This document shows, in pieces, positions 1 to 13,498 of a stretch of DNA of 64,000 nt. The position numbers and the translations under genes are program-made. The number at the start of each line of letters is the position of its first letter. Within the stretch, counting starts at the first letter, position 1. The stretch is from Octopus vulgaris (Eukaryota), in NCBI GenBank assembly GCA_951406725.2, contig OX597825.1, positions 83,948,001 through 84,012,000 of the forward strand, read 5' to 3'. The notes under the pieces are model-generated. The model was not told the origin of the DNA. It saw only the letters and a list, made by a program, of their open reading frames with translations, and did not search any database.

Positions 1-361
1 GTACATACATACATACATACATACACACATGCATGCGTGTATCAGTTTAATTCCGTATATTTTTACATTGTTGGCACTTTTTTTGTAAAATTTTTGATAC
101 TCTTAAATTGTTTTGTCTGCTTATTCTTCACCATATTTTCAAAAAGTACCTCCAAGTGTTAACCGATCGATTTCATGCAATGGTTTCTCTGATATTTTCC
201 TTTCTTTTTCATCGTGTTTTTTTTTTTCTTTTTTTTATCTTGTTTTATTCGTGAATTTAAGTAAATTGCCAACAAGTATATGTTTAAACTCATATAAATT
301 ACCAAGAATCGATTTTTTTTTCTTTAGAAATAGAAATACGTGTGATTTTATTGCATATATG

Positions 362-415
<54 letters not shown>

Positions 416-429
416 CATATATGCATATA

Positions 430-461
<32 letters not shown>

Positions 462-522
462 AATATATATATATAAACATATATATATATATGTGTGTGT
501 GTGTATGTGTGTCTGTCTGTCA

Positions 523-569
<47 letters not shown>

Positions 570-570
570 T

Positions 571-603
<33 letters not shown>

Positions 604-697
604 CACACATGCACATGTATTAGAAACACATGTCCATGCACGTACGTATGTGTGAGCGTATGAGTGTGTTTCTGTGTTTTTGTGTAAGTTCATACCA

Positions 698-740
<43 letters not shown>

Positions 741-1087
741 TATAAATTTGATAAACAAATAGATGCATATACAATTTTCTAAAATACTGAGTAGTAAAAC
801 ATTTTGAAGAAAAATCGCGAAGAACATGTTTGCATACATTCCAATTCCTATAGAAATTAATTCTCAATATAAACTAAAATCAAACCCAAAGTACGAGTTA
901 GTTTCAAACGAGAACCATGCCTAAAGAAATTTGTAAAATTGCTCAATTAGCCGACCGTTCACTGTTTTTGTGCATTGTGTAGTAGACCTAATAGAGCGCC
1001 TTCTTTCACTTCGCACTCTCTTCCTGCTTGATATGTTGAAAGTAGGTAAGAAGGAATACGATAATGTACATCCAGTGCAGACAAGAA

Positions 1088-1372
1088 GTGCAGTGGAATC
1101 ACAGGAAGACTGGCAGAAATATGGAAGTTTTATGTGAGGAATGAATGCAGTGGAATCGCAGGAAGACTCACAGAAAGATAGACGTTTTATGTGAGGAAGA
1201 ATGGCAGTGGAATTGCAGGAAGACTGACAGAGAGATAGAGGTTTTATGTGAGGAAGTAGTGCAGTGGAATCGCAAGAATACTAACAGAAAGATGGGTGAT
1301 TTATGTGAGGAAGAATGGCAGTGGAATATCAGGAAGACTGACAGAGAGATAGAGGTTTTATGTGAGGAAGAG
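1088..1372. repeat. 57-bp minisatellite, about 5 copies
   Basis: gcagtggaat...ttatgtgagga recurs near 1090, 1147, 1204, 1261 and 1318. Confidence 0.9.
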
Positions 1373-1867
1373 GTGAGGCCTAGAAATGCTGATGGAATTG
1401 TTAGAACGCCGGACAAAATGCATTGGTGTATTTCGTCCGTCTTTATTTTCTGTATCCAAATTCCGTCAAGGTTGATTTTGTCTTTCATCTTTTCAAGGAC
1501 ATTGTAATAAGTACCAGTTGAGCAACAAGGGTCGATGTAACCCACTGACCTCCTCCTTCGAAACTGCTGGTTTTGCATCACAAAATTGCGGCCATTATTA
1601 TTGAAGGTAGTAGAGTAGCGTAATCGTCAGAGCGTTGGGCTAAATTTTCTTGAAGTGTTCGTGCTGGCTTTTTACGTTCTGTGTTCAAATACCGCTGTCT
1701 TCCACTTTGCATTTATACCTGGGTCAATGTAGTCAAATACCTGGGTCGATGTAGTCAACAAACCCCGGTGCTGTTTTATTCCCCACTGATTTAAGTTACC
1801 TCCATTATTAACATATTCGTTCTTCCTTTCAAATCTCCGATCCACCTTATTTTACTTCAGGTATACA

Positions 1868-3145
1868 TAGAGTTATCCCATAAATAATGCGGTCTTTTCA
1901 ATTGCATGAACTGAAAGTCGGAGCGGTAAGGGATAAACTACCTGCATCAATTTGTACAAGGTAGTAATATTACCTTGTCCTTATACTTAGTGCAAGTTTT
2001 GAAGAGTACAATTCAATTTTAACAGTTATTTTTTCAAAGCTATAATGGAAATGACAAAAGAGCATATTCGGCATATTTTGCTTTATGAGTTCAATAAAGA
2101 CAACAACGCAATGGAAAGTGCAAGGAATATTAATGCAGTATATGGGGATTGGATAATAAGCATAAGCCAGTGTGAATGGTGGTTCCAGAAATTCTAAGCT
2201 GGAAGCTACAGCCTAGAAGATGAACCTCATCCTGGAAGATCTGTAGAGCTCAACAAGGACATCCTGCAAAACTTGGTGGAACAAAATTTCATCGTAACTA
2301 TTGAGGAACTAGCAGAGAAGCTTGGATTTGGTCATTCAACAATTCATCGACACCTGTGTGCCATCGGGAAAATCAGCAAATTGGGTCAATGGGTTTCTCA
2401 CAAACATTCCGAGTCTAATCGCATGTAGAGAGTGAACATGTGCTCTTCTTTGCTGTCATGTCTCACGAATGAACCATTTTGGAGAACCGTTTAGTAACTG
2501 GTGGCGAGAAATGTGTTCTCTATAAAAATGTCAAGCGGCAAAGACAGTGGGTTGGGAAAGGAGAAACACCAACACCCCAGGCTAAAGAAGGTCTTCACTC
2601 ACGTAAGGTGTAATTATCTGTCTGATGGGATATGAAAGGCTTAATCCACTTTGAACTTTTAAACCCAAACCAAATTATAACAAAGGAGATCTACTACAGG
2701 CAGCTTGAGCGGCTTAAGTCAGCGCTAGAAGAAACACGATCGTCTTTGTTTTCAAAATGAAAGGCGTTCTTCCATCAGGATAATGCTCGGCCACATAGAG
2801 CGAGGATGACATTACAAAGGCTGAAGCAGTTTGAATGGGAAACGATGTCCCATCCAACATATTCACCGGACATTACCCCATTTGGTTATCATTTATTCCG
2901 CAGTCTTCAAAATCATTTCGAGAAAAAATATGAATTCTGTTGAAGAGGTCAGAACAATACTGGAGGAGAATATTTCGTCATGGGCAAGTGAATTTTGGAA
3001 GAGGAATATTGCATGTCTACCATATAGATGGAAGAACATTGTAGAAAATGAAGGAGAGTATATTTTAGATGAAAAAAGAATTTTGTTTATCTTAACTTTG
3101 AAACATAAATGTATTAAAAAACCGCATTATTTATGGTATGACTCA

Positions 3146-3146
<1 letters not shown>
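1868..3146 (+). mobile_element. full-length, inactivated mariner (Tc1/mariner) element, about 1.28 kb
   Basis: Imperfect TIRs sharing CCATAAATAATGCGG. Transposase relic from ATG 2045 (MEMTKEHIRHILLYEF...HQDNARPH...YSPDI...GEYILD) with stops and frameshifts. Confidence 0.92.
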
Positions 3147-3203
<57 letters not shown>

Positions 3204-3413
3204 TTGTGTGTGTGTGTGTGTGTGCGTGCGTGTGTGTGTGTGTACTTCGAAAATGATTTTGTATTCAAGTTATAGGAATTCTGAGATAACTATAATTTGT
3301 AATAGAGTAGCTATTTCGAAAACTACTCAGTTTCTTCAATCTTTACATAAATGCATAAATATATCATACATATATTATATATACGTGTGTGTAAATATGC
3401 ATGAATGTATATC

Positions 3414-3449
<36 letters not shown>

Positions 3450-3494
3450 AGCATATATATTTATATATATATATATATATATACACACACAATA

Positions 3495-3940
3495 AAATAC
3501 AAAATGAGACAAGAATGTCTCATTTAGACATTCAGTTAGACGATACAAAAAAACACGGATGGGTCATTCGAAGCCTTTTATCATCAGTCAAGAACCGGAT
3601 CATCCTCGCAATTTCGGCTGATTAATCTTGAGATTGCTCCAATCTGGCCAGCTCCAAGGAAAAACTAAGCTAAGAGCATTAGATTCCTTGGAAAAAAGCA
3701 TTGAATGTATACGAAACAAGGACGAAAAAACAGACGATGTTATAAGAATATAAATACAGAAATACAATAAACAATAATAATAATAATAACAGGACATAAC
3801 AACAGGCGTCTTTCGACTGGGGATGAATTGAATTCAGATGGCGTGTATGGAAATGAAGCAGAGGGAAGAGTATCGATGTAGCAGTGACCACGGTCAAACG
3901 CAAAATGGCTAGCAGTCGGCCAACGGTCACGCGAGAAGAG
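3495..3940. mobile_element. probable Penelope-like / unclassified interspersed repeat
   Basis: Repeat-like block between microsatellites; no coding relic recognised. Confidence 0.3.
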
Positions 3941-3979
3941 AAGAGAGAGAAACAGAGGAACAAAGGAATTAAGGAGAGG

Positions 3980-4022
<43 letters not shown>

Positions 4023-4162
4023 TGCAGAGGTAGATAGACGAAAGAATCAAGGAGTGGCGAAAAAAAGAGAGGCCTGGACATAGTGAAGAGAGAGTGAAGA
4101 GAAAGATTTGAAAAAGTGGTACAAAATTTAGTGAAATGTGTACTTATACATACATACATACA

Positions 4163-4206
<44 letters not shown>

Positions 4207-4455
4207 TGTATGTATATATATATACGTATATACATACATATATGAAGAGATGCTGCTCTTATCTCTCTACTGATAACGTCGATTTTGTTTTGCCTCATGT
4301 GTGTTATCGTTTTCTTAAATCATGATATAAATTCTCTGATTGTGTGTTCGTTGAGTGTTTTGATATTTTATCGATTTTTATCTTACAAACAAATCAAGTG
4401 TGTAAATATGATTTCTTAAGGACATATCACAATGTTTGTTGATTTGTTTGAGCGA

Positions 4456-4523
<68 letters not shown>

Positions 4524-4932
4524 GTGCTTGTGTGTGTGTGTATTTGTGTGTGTTGTGTGAGGTTTCTTTTATAATTATTTTTCTCTGCAATTACTTTTTT
4601 AGATTATGTATATTTTTTTTTATTTTCATTTTTAACCATCAACATTTTTATTCAAGAAATGACAGACCACATTTTACTAGTTTCAAATTTTGGCACAAGG
4701 CCTGCAATTTCAGGGGAGTGGAACAAGTCGATTACATCGACCCCAGTGCTCAGGTGGTACTTTATTTTATCGATCGCGAAAGGATGAAAGGCAAAGTCAG
4801 CTTGACAGCTTTCGAATTCAGAACGTAAAGAGAGACGACATGACACGAAGCATTTAACCCGGCGCAATAATGATCCTGCCCATTCTCTGCTCTTATAGTT
4901 GTAAGTATATTTATATTTTTAAAAATACTAAA

Positions 4933-5090
4933 CGCAGGAGTGGCTGTGTGGTAAGTAGCTTGCTTACCAACCACATGGTTCCGGGTTCAGTCCCACTGCA
5001 TGGCTCTTTGAGAAAGTGTCTTCTGCTATAGCCTTGTGAGTGGATTTGGTAGACGGAAACTGAGAATAGCCCGTCGTATATATGTATACG

Positions 5091-5170
<80 letters not shown>

Positions 5171-5375
5171 TGTGTCTGTGTTTGTCTCCAACATCGCTTG
5201 ACAACCGATGCTGGTGTGCTTACGTCCCCGTAACTTAGCGGTTCGGTAAAAGAGACCGATAGAATAAGTACTAGGCTTACAAAGATTAAGTCCTGGGGTC
5301 GATTTGCTCGACAAAAGGTGTTGCTCCCGCATGGCCGCAGTCAACTGAAATATGTAAAAGAGAAAAGAGAAAGAG
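4933..5375 (+). mobile_element. tRNA-derived SINE family B with internal (TA)n(TG)n
   Basis: gcaggagtggctgtgtggtaag...gggttcagtccca head; 3' cagcatggccgcagtc...(aaagag)n. Related copies near 5690-5910, 11558-11800, 23110-23265, 60225-60350 and 63112-63490. Confidence 0.88.
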
Positions 5376-6272
5376 AGACCACTTACCCATGTATAATGCT
5401 GGGTACACCACGTTGTGAACTACACGCTGTCTGATCGTGAAAAGGAGGCTTTGATGAGTATAAAGCTTTCTTTTTTTCTGAAAATTGCATTACCAAACTC
5501 AGGGTGCGTTTTCCACGATCCCTCATCTACCATGCTACAAAATACGGCAGCATCATATGCGCTGAATCGGACTAAAAATTATTTTAAGGGTACACACACA
5601 CATCTCTGGAATACCCAACCATTTAGACGTTAATTTGTCGTTGGTAGACTCTTGAATCCGAGCAAGACTCTTTCAAGACTCTTTCCATTTCTCTTTTACA
5701 CGTTTCAGTCATTTGACTGCGGCCATGCTGGATCACCGCCTTTAGTCGAACAAATCGACCCCAGAACTTATTCTTTGTAGGCCCAGGACTTATTCTATTG
5801 GTCTCTTTAGCCGAACCGCTAACTTCAGGGACATAAACACACCAGCATCGGTTGTCAAGCGATGGTAAGTGACAAACACAGACACAAAAACACACATATA
5901 AATATATAAACCTATAATTACCTTGATGCAATACCAGACAGTGGCTCTCATGGTTTATGATCTTAACTGATTGGAAGTGTTATATATATATATATTCACA
6001 TATATATACATATATATATTCGCTGTATAGAAGAAATGTCTACTGTACCTGCCAGGGAGACCCGAACCCAGAACCGCATGTTAGTAGACACTTACCCCAG
6101 AGAATCTCTGTCATACAGCCATATATACACTCATTATTTGATAGAAGTTGAATTTTGAATGATAAAGAACTTACCAGAATCTGAATAGAAGAGGAAACAT
6201 AGTGCTTCACATTTGTGTGTGTATGTGGGAGGATATGCGTATCTGAGAAGACAGGTAGATATACAGACGATT

Positions 6273-6685
6273 AAGGCGGCAAGCTGGCAGAAACGTTAGC
6301 ACGCTGGGCGAAATGCTTAGCGTTATTTCGTCTGCCGCTACGTTCTGAGATCAAATTCCGCCGAGGTCGACTTTGCCTTTCATCCTTTCGGGGTCGATAA
6401 ATTAAGTACCAGTTTCGCATTGGAGTCGATGTAATCGACTTAATCCGTTTGTCTGTCCTTGTTTGTCCTCTCTGTGTTTAGCCCCTTGTGGGTAGTAAAG
6501 AAATAGGTATTTCGTCTGCCGCTGCGTTCTGAGTTCAAATTCCACCGAGGTCGACTTTGCCTTTCATCATTTCGAGGTCGATAAATAAAGTACCAGTTTC
6601 GCACTGGGGTCGATGTGATCGACTTAATCCCTTTGTTTGTCCTTGTTTGTCCCCTCTATGTTTAGCCTCTTATGGGCAGTAAATA
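6273..6685 (+). mobile_element. tRNA-derived SINE family A, dimeric copy
   Basis: A/B-box-like head (agctggcagaaacgttag...g(a/t)tcaaattcc), core gtcgactttgcctttcatcctttcggggtcgataaa repeated twice. Confidence 0.88.
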
Positions 6686-7559
6686 GATATACAGACGATT
6701 CAGAAATATTCGGACAGTTTGTAGGTATACAAACCTCAAGAAAAATAAGAGTCATAAGAGAAGTTAGAGCGCTAGTGAGGTAGTGGCAGGTTTCAAAGAT
6801 GTTACCCTTCTGGTGAAAGAAGGGACAAAACACAGTGGATGTTAACAATGCCGTTGAGAAGAAATACAGGTTCGGAAATTTCTAGGGATTTATCAGAAAA
6901 TGTGCATAACGAGGTCTAACACTCAAAGAAGGACAATGGGGCCCGTTCATGAAATTCCTCTCATATTCCCTATTTGGATAAATGTGCTGTCGAATATCTA
7001 GTTGCATTCGTTTATCGTCTGCTTCCTTCGAATATACGTCGAAGCCAGTCAACATGGCGTTTCATTATTTCAATTTGAGGCATAGGTTGGAAAGAGAGTT
7101 GGACGTTAAGTAAAATAAATACCAGTCAAATATTGAACTCGATTCAACTGATTATAACCAAACCTCTTTAGAAATTTATAGATTTCTGCTATTACGAAAG
7201 TTTGAAATCAATATTACATAAACATTTATTGATTAAAATAAAATTTCAAAAAAAATCTACGTAAAGATAAACCGAAACTAAACGTAAAAAAACAAACAGA
7301 GATTTTATGTTTGTTGTGTTGTGACCTCTAGGGAGAAAGACCCTAGATTTAATCTGAAGATTAGCTATCTCATTTGTAACTAGTTTGAACTGTTCACAAC
7401 ATGGAAGTAATACAAAGAGAAATCAGCAGTTTTCTGTTTTCAAAACGGTTCTTTTTTTTTATTATTTATTAATTGTTATTGTTACTTTTATTAGTTTTAT
7501 TATTGTTATTATCTGATTTTTAAACACAGGAGAATATTGCCAGACAAGCATCGAAAAAC

Positions 7560-7612
<53 letters not shown>

Positions 7613-8278
7613 TACACACACACACACACACACTCACACATGAATACATGTGAAAACGTATACACTGACAAATGCATATATGAACGCAAATATATAATGA
7701 GTGCCATATGTGTGTATATTCGTGTGCATGTATGTGTGGGGGGTGCATTGGTGTGGGTGTGTGCATCCGTGTGTGTATGTCTATTTCTGTGCGTGTGTAA
7801 AGTGACTGGCATGTATACATATATATTTTGTATTTAAACACATACATGTATGTGTATATATATGTGTGAGTGTGTGTACGTGTGTGTGTATGTATATATG
7901 CATATATATATGGAGAGATGTATGTATACATATTTGTATACACATATAGTATGACTGTTATATATACATTTATATACATATGTGTGTATGTATGTATGTA
8001 CACATGTACTTGTATATTTGTGTATATATATATATACATATATATATATATGCGTGTGTGTGTATGTATGTATGTATGTATAAATGCACATACATGTAAA
8101 TGTATATATATATGCACTCATGTATATACCTGTATATGTACATATTTGTATACATGTGTGTATTGGCGGGTATGTGTTTGTAAGTGCGATCCCTAGTACC
8201 CAGGCCAGCGTATGCAATGTTAAATATCAACGGTGTATAATTAAAGGAGGCTACATATAGCTACATATAGGAGGCTAC

Positions 8279-8445
<167 letters not shown>

Positions 8446-8453
8446 GTATGTAT

Positions 8454-8670
8454 ATAGAATGGTTGTATACTGTCAATCTAACGTGAACGTGACAGTAGGG
8501 GATTACACCACCGCTGTTTAGCCCTAGGAAGCATCGACGCTTTCTGATGGAATCGACACAATTTTTTTTCGAAGCCATCAGAAAGCGTCGATGCTTCCTA
8601 GGGCTAAATAGCGGCGGTGTAACCCATACTGTCACGTTCACGTTAGATTGACAGTATACAACCATTCTAT
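8454..8670. mobile_element. palindromic (foldback) MITE
   Basis: About 95-bp near-perfect inverted arms around a roughly 25-nt spacer, within (TA)n. Confidence 0.8.
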
Positions 8671-8715
8671 CGCCCCACCACCGTACATATCTCTATGAGA
8701 GATTTAGAAATAATA

Positions 8716-8760
<45 letters not shown>

Positions 8761-8773
8761 ACCCTGTATCAAC

Positions 8774-8813
<40 letters not shown>

Positions 8814-9417
8814 CTAGTCACTGTATTGGATTGAACCAGAATAAACATGAATGGCACTTAAAAAATAAATTATTAACAATGCCTGTGTACAATTCAAGCG
8901 CTGAATTATTTCCATAATGGCACCGCAACTCTCGATACCAAATCCAAGAAGAACAGTGACAAACTGAAACAAGATATCCACCCCAGCAACGTTCACGGCT
9001 TTTACTAGGAATAAAAATTGTTTCACTCAAAATACTTCGGACAAGAATTTTTAAGCCCCTACGATTTCCCTGAGATCTCCTTCAACCAATATTGAGTTCA
9101 TGCGTTCTATTTAAAGGGAAGAGAATTCTTGTAGATTTCTAACAGTCTTCCTTGCCAGGCTATCTTGGAGCTTGTCATCTTAGTCGCCAATGATCTGACG
9201 ATGCAATGATATTTACTGAATTGCTAGTTACCATTAGCGATTACAGAAGGAAACGACATTTATGTATGTATAAATATACATATATAAGTTCGTGTATGTG
9301 TATTATATAATTATGCAAGTAGGTACGTACGTACGCAGACACACATATATATGTATATAAATGTATGCATATGTGCATATATATGTGTGCGTGTATAAAT
9401 GTATATATATATATAAG

Positions 9418-9475
<58 letters not shown>

Positions 9476-9974
9476 TATATGTATATATATACATATGTAT
9501 GTGTATAGATATACATATTTATATGTGAATTATATATGTGTGTGTATATATATATATATATATACATGAATATAACTACATATATGTACATATACACACA
9601 CGCTCATATATGCATATGTATATAAACATATATATATATATATATACATAATATATAAATGTACGTGCACATACGTATACACACATATATATTTATGTAT
9701 ACATGTATGCATGTGTGTACGTACGTATGTATGTATTATCTATGTGCGTGCGTACGTATGTACGTATGTATGTATGTATGTATGTATGTATGTATGTATG
9801 TATGTATGTATGTATGTATGTATGTATGTATGTATGTATGTATGTATGTGTGTATGCACAATAAATTGTAGAGCCTAGACAGAGAGCCATTAATTCCTGG
9901 AAACTGTACCGACTAAGTATTAGTAAATAATACCTCTTGACAATATAAACATATGTACATTATAAACAGTCGCA

Positions 9975-10480
9975 CATTTATGACGATATAACGATGGCGA
10001 TGACGATGATGATGATGATGAGGATGGTGGTGGTGGTGTGGTGGTGGTGGTGGTGTGGTGGTGGTGGTGGTGGTGATGATGATGATGATAATGATGATGA
10101 TGATGATGAGGATAATGATGATGATGACGATGATGATGATGATGATGATGTGGTGGTGGTGATGATGATGGTGGTGATGATGATTATGGTGGTGGTGGTG
10201 GTGATGGTGGTGGTGATGGTGATGATGATGATGATGATGATGATGATGGTGGTGGTGATGGTGGTGGTGATGGTGATGATGATGATGATGATGTGGTGGT
10301 GGTGATGATGATGGTGGTGATGATGATGATTATGGTGGTGGTGGTGGGTGGTGGTGGTGGTGGTGGTGATGATGATGATGATGATGATGATGATGACGGT
10401 GGTTGTGGTGGTGATGATGATAATGATAAAGATGATGATGATGATGAAAACGGTGATGACGATGACGGTGGTGGTGGTGG

Positions 10481-10544
<64 letters not shown>

Positions 10545-10960
10545 GGTTGTCGTCATCCTAATCGAGGTGGTGGTAATGGTGGTGATAGTGGCGGTGATAA
10601 TGATCTGGTGGTGATGATGGTGGTGATGGTGGTGGTGGTCGTCGTCGTCTTGATAATGATGATGCCGAGAATGATGATAATATAGACTATAACAACAATA
10701 ATAACAACAACAACAACAATAATAATAACATTAATAATAATAATTATTATTATTATAATCATAATTATAATAACAACAATAATAATAATAATAATAATAA
10801 TGACAATAATATTAATAATAATAATTATAACAACAACAACAACAACAATAATAATAACAATATCAATAACAATAATAATAGTAGTATTAATAATGATAAT
10901 GGTGGCGGCGGCGGCGGCGGCGTCGGTGGTGGTGGTGGTGGTGGTTGTGGTGGTGGTGGT
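9975..10960. repeat. compound trinucleotide microsatellite (GAT/GGT/AAT/AAC)
   Basis: Read directly from sequence. Confidence 0.95.
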
Positions 10961-11149
10961 GAGAGCGATGACGATGTTTCTATTTTGCACAAGAGTCAAA
11001 CTGACCTTCTGCATTGGAGAAAGATTCCTTATCATTCTTTTATTTTATTTGCTAGAAACATTCCAGTTCCACAGTTCTGTGAGAAAAGAAATCATTATTA
11101 ATAACAACCAGTATTATTAGCTGGCAGAATCGTTAAGGCATCGGACAAA

Positions 11150-11338
11150 CAAGGACAGACAAACGGATTAAGTCGATTACATCGACACCAGTGCGTAACT
11201 GGTACTTATTTAATCGACCCCGAAAGGATGAAAGGCAAAGTCGACCTCGGCGGAATTTGAACTCAGAACGTAACGACAGACGAAATACCGCTAAGAATTT
11301 CGCCCGGCATGCTAACGATTCTGCCAGCTCGCCGCCTT
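11150..11338 (-). mobile_element. SINE family A
   Basis: Reverse complement of the 6273 monomer. Confidence 0.88.
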
Positions 11339-11721
11339 CATAATAATAATAGCAACATCGAAAAATACCTTAGGAATGAGAACCCAGGTTCGAAATTTCC
11401 CCCAAGACACCGCATGAAGGCTGGAGGCTGTATCAGCCGAAACATTGTATTAACAAGCAAGATGAGGACAAATACCCGTCAATTGTAAATAATAGAGACA
11501 GGCAGAAACAAGGAAAATGCCCCTTTTATTTGAATACTATGCAAATATTCTTTATATGCGCAGGAGTGGCTGTGTGGTAAGTAGCTTGCTTACGAACCAC
11601 ATGGTTCCGGGTTCATTCCAACTGCGTGACACCTTGGGCAAGTGTCTTTTACTGTAGCCTCGGGCCGACCAAAGCCTTGCGAGTGGAATTGGTAGACGGA
11701 AACTGAAAGAAGCTCGTCGTG

Positions 11722-11753
<32 letters not shown>

Positions 11754-12489
11754 TATATGTATGTATGTATGTTTTTGTTTCTGTGTTTGCCCCCCACTTT
11801 AGACATTGTGTACATGGATACATTGTCCGAAAATAACAAGGGATTGTCATGGCCATAACCCGTTTATCATAGATTTGTTTCCTCGAAGTGGACTGGTTCC
11901 GCACCACCTCCTCGTTATCACTCCTTTTCCCGTCAATTACATTGTCCCCATTTTACTCGCTGGTTCCTACCAATGACTACACTTAGTTCTTCCCACGCCG
12001 CCACACTGGGATTTCTTCCTGCACACTCTTTTTGGGCAAACATCCACACGGAACTGTCTAAGAAACACGTTAAACTTACCACTCTTACTGGTCTTAATAG
12101 GTCTGTGCAGGTCCTGATCCTAGTGGCTTCTTCTAGATCAGAAGGTCGACAAAGTGATCAATATTCACCCTTGCGGTTCTATTTGGCTATCCAAAGGATC
12201 TATAACACGTGAAACGATTCTGAGCAATACAGGTGCTGAATTATTGTCGGAATGAAATGCAGTATGGAAATTCAAAATATCTTATCAGATATAACATCAT
12301 TGGTGTACATCTGGTAAACATTTAATTCCAATTGGCCAATTGGCGAGTCTGTTAAGGACAAGTGTCTGAAGACATCAGAACAGAAATGTTCGATACTGTG
12401 ATGTAATTAATGCCAATTTACAGCAGAATGGTTTCATTTATCTGATAATTTTTGAACTTACACTTTAGATTTTTAAAAAAATTTAGCGC

Positions 12490-12882
12490 CGATAACGGCA
12501 ACACCCGACAGTAAGAAGTGTCGATAGTATTCGCAAGAATATTTAAAATTCGGAATTATGCCATCATTTACCAATAAACAATGTCTGTGTGCCTGTTATG
12601 TAAAAAAAACTGTACGTAATAATGCCATGAAAGCTGCAAAGATAAAAGACCATCTAGAAAGGGTTCGCTGATAATAAAAAAACTTATCTTTAAGTATTTT
12701 CATTTTTTTTTTTTCAATATTTCTTACTAAAATGTAATAAAAACAGAAAAGAACGAAGGAATTATCTTTTTAAAATCAAGAAATTGTATATTAATTATAA
12801 TTACTTATTATATTTTAGGAATGTATAAGCTATCGACGATTCCATGAAAGGGTCGATGATATAAGAAGTGTGCCGACCCCTG
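12490..12882 (+). mobile_element. hAT (Charlie/Buster-like) non-autonomous fragment
   Basis: Relic RQYSQEYLKFG...NNAMKAAKIKDHLERV (BED-finger N-terminus); terminus tgccgacccctg. Confidence 0.6.
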
Positions 12883-13498
12883 CTCTACTCTAAACTAATT
12901 TTTAAATTAATGAGTTCGCTTAATATCAGAACGGATCTAGAACTTTTAAACAACATCGATAAATGAAACAATTAATGAAAAAGACTGAATTAAAAATGGT
13001 AGCTTTATAAGAAACCATTGCGAGTGAAAGGTGTCGTCTATCTCAGATTAATATCAAAACAAGAAATTTTAAAATGGCCTGTCTTAATCTTTGAGAATTC
13101 AACTTGAAACTATTTAGTCAAAGAGTTGCTCCAGCAAGGCAATAACAGTTGTCACTCAATCTAAAAACAAAATTAATCGTTTGAGCACAAGTCATTTTGG
13201 ATCAAGGAGAGCTATGATTAAAGACGTTCCTGGCATAACCATCACGACTTTTGGGGGAACGAAGGGGACTTCATTAACCAATATGTCCTATTTGTATGAA
13301 ATTTGAGCGAGATTTCTCTGTTATTTCTTTCAGATCCAGTAACCAGGATGAGGTTCCCTTTTTCTTTACTTAAATATCTTTACTAAGATTAAGTCATTCA
13401 ATGTGTCCTTCCATCTGAATGAAATCCGAGGGACATTCCGCTCTATTCCTTGCTTGTCAGCAACCACGACAATGCTGCCTCATTTCCTACTCACAAAA

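Noticed and set aside
113-867. ORFs of IYIY/CVCV/THTH type here and throughout the window
   Set aside because: Translations of (TA)n, (TG)n and (TACA)n microsatellites with no coding signal
1145-1507. ORF with a 19-aa repeat EEEWQWNxRKTDREIEVLC
   Set aside because: 57-bp minisatellite running into a degraded SINE; no splice or homology support
2045-3100. Intact or domesticated transposase (SETMAR-like)
   Set aside because: Multiple stops and frameshifts; TIRs still present
9978-11120. Poly-I/H/D/V/M ORFs (also 19407-19946 and 31095-31727)
   Set aside because: Trinucleotide repeats open in several frames on both strands
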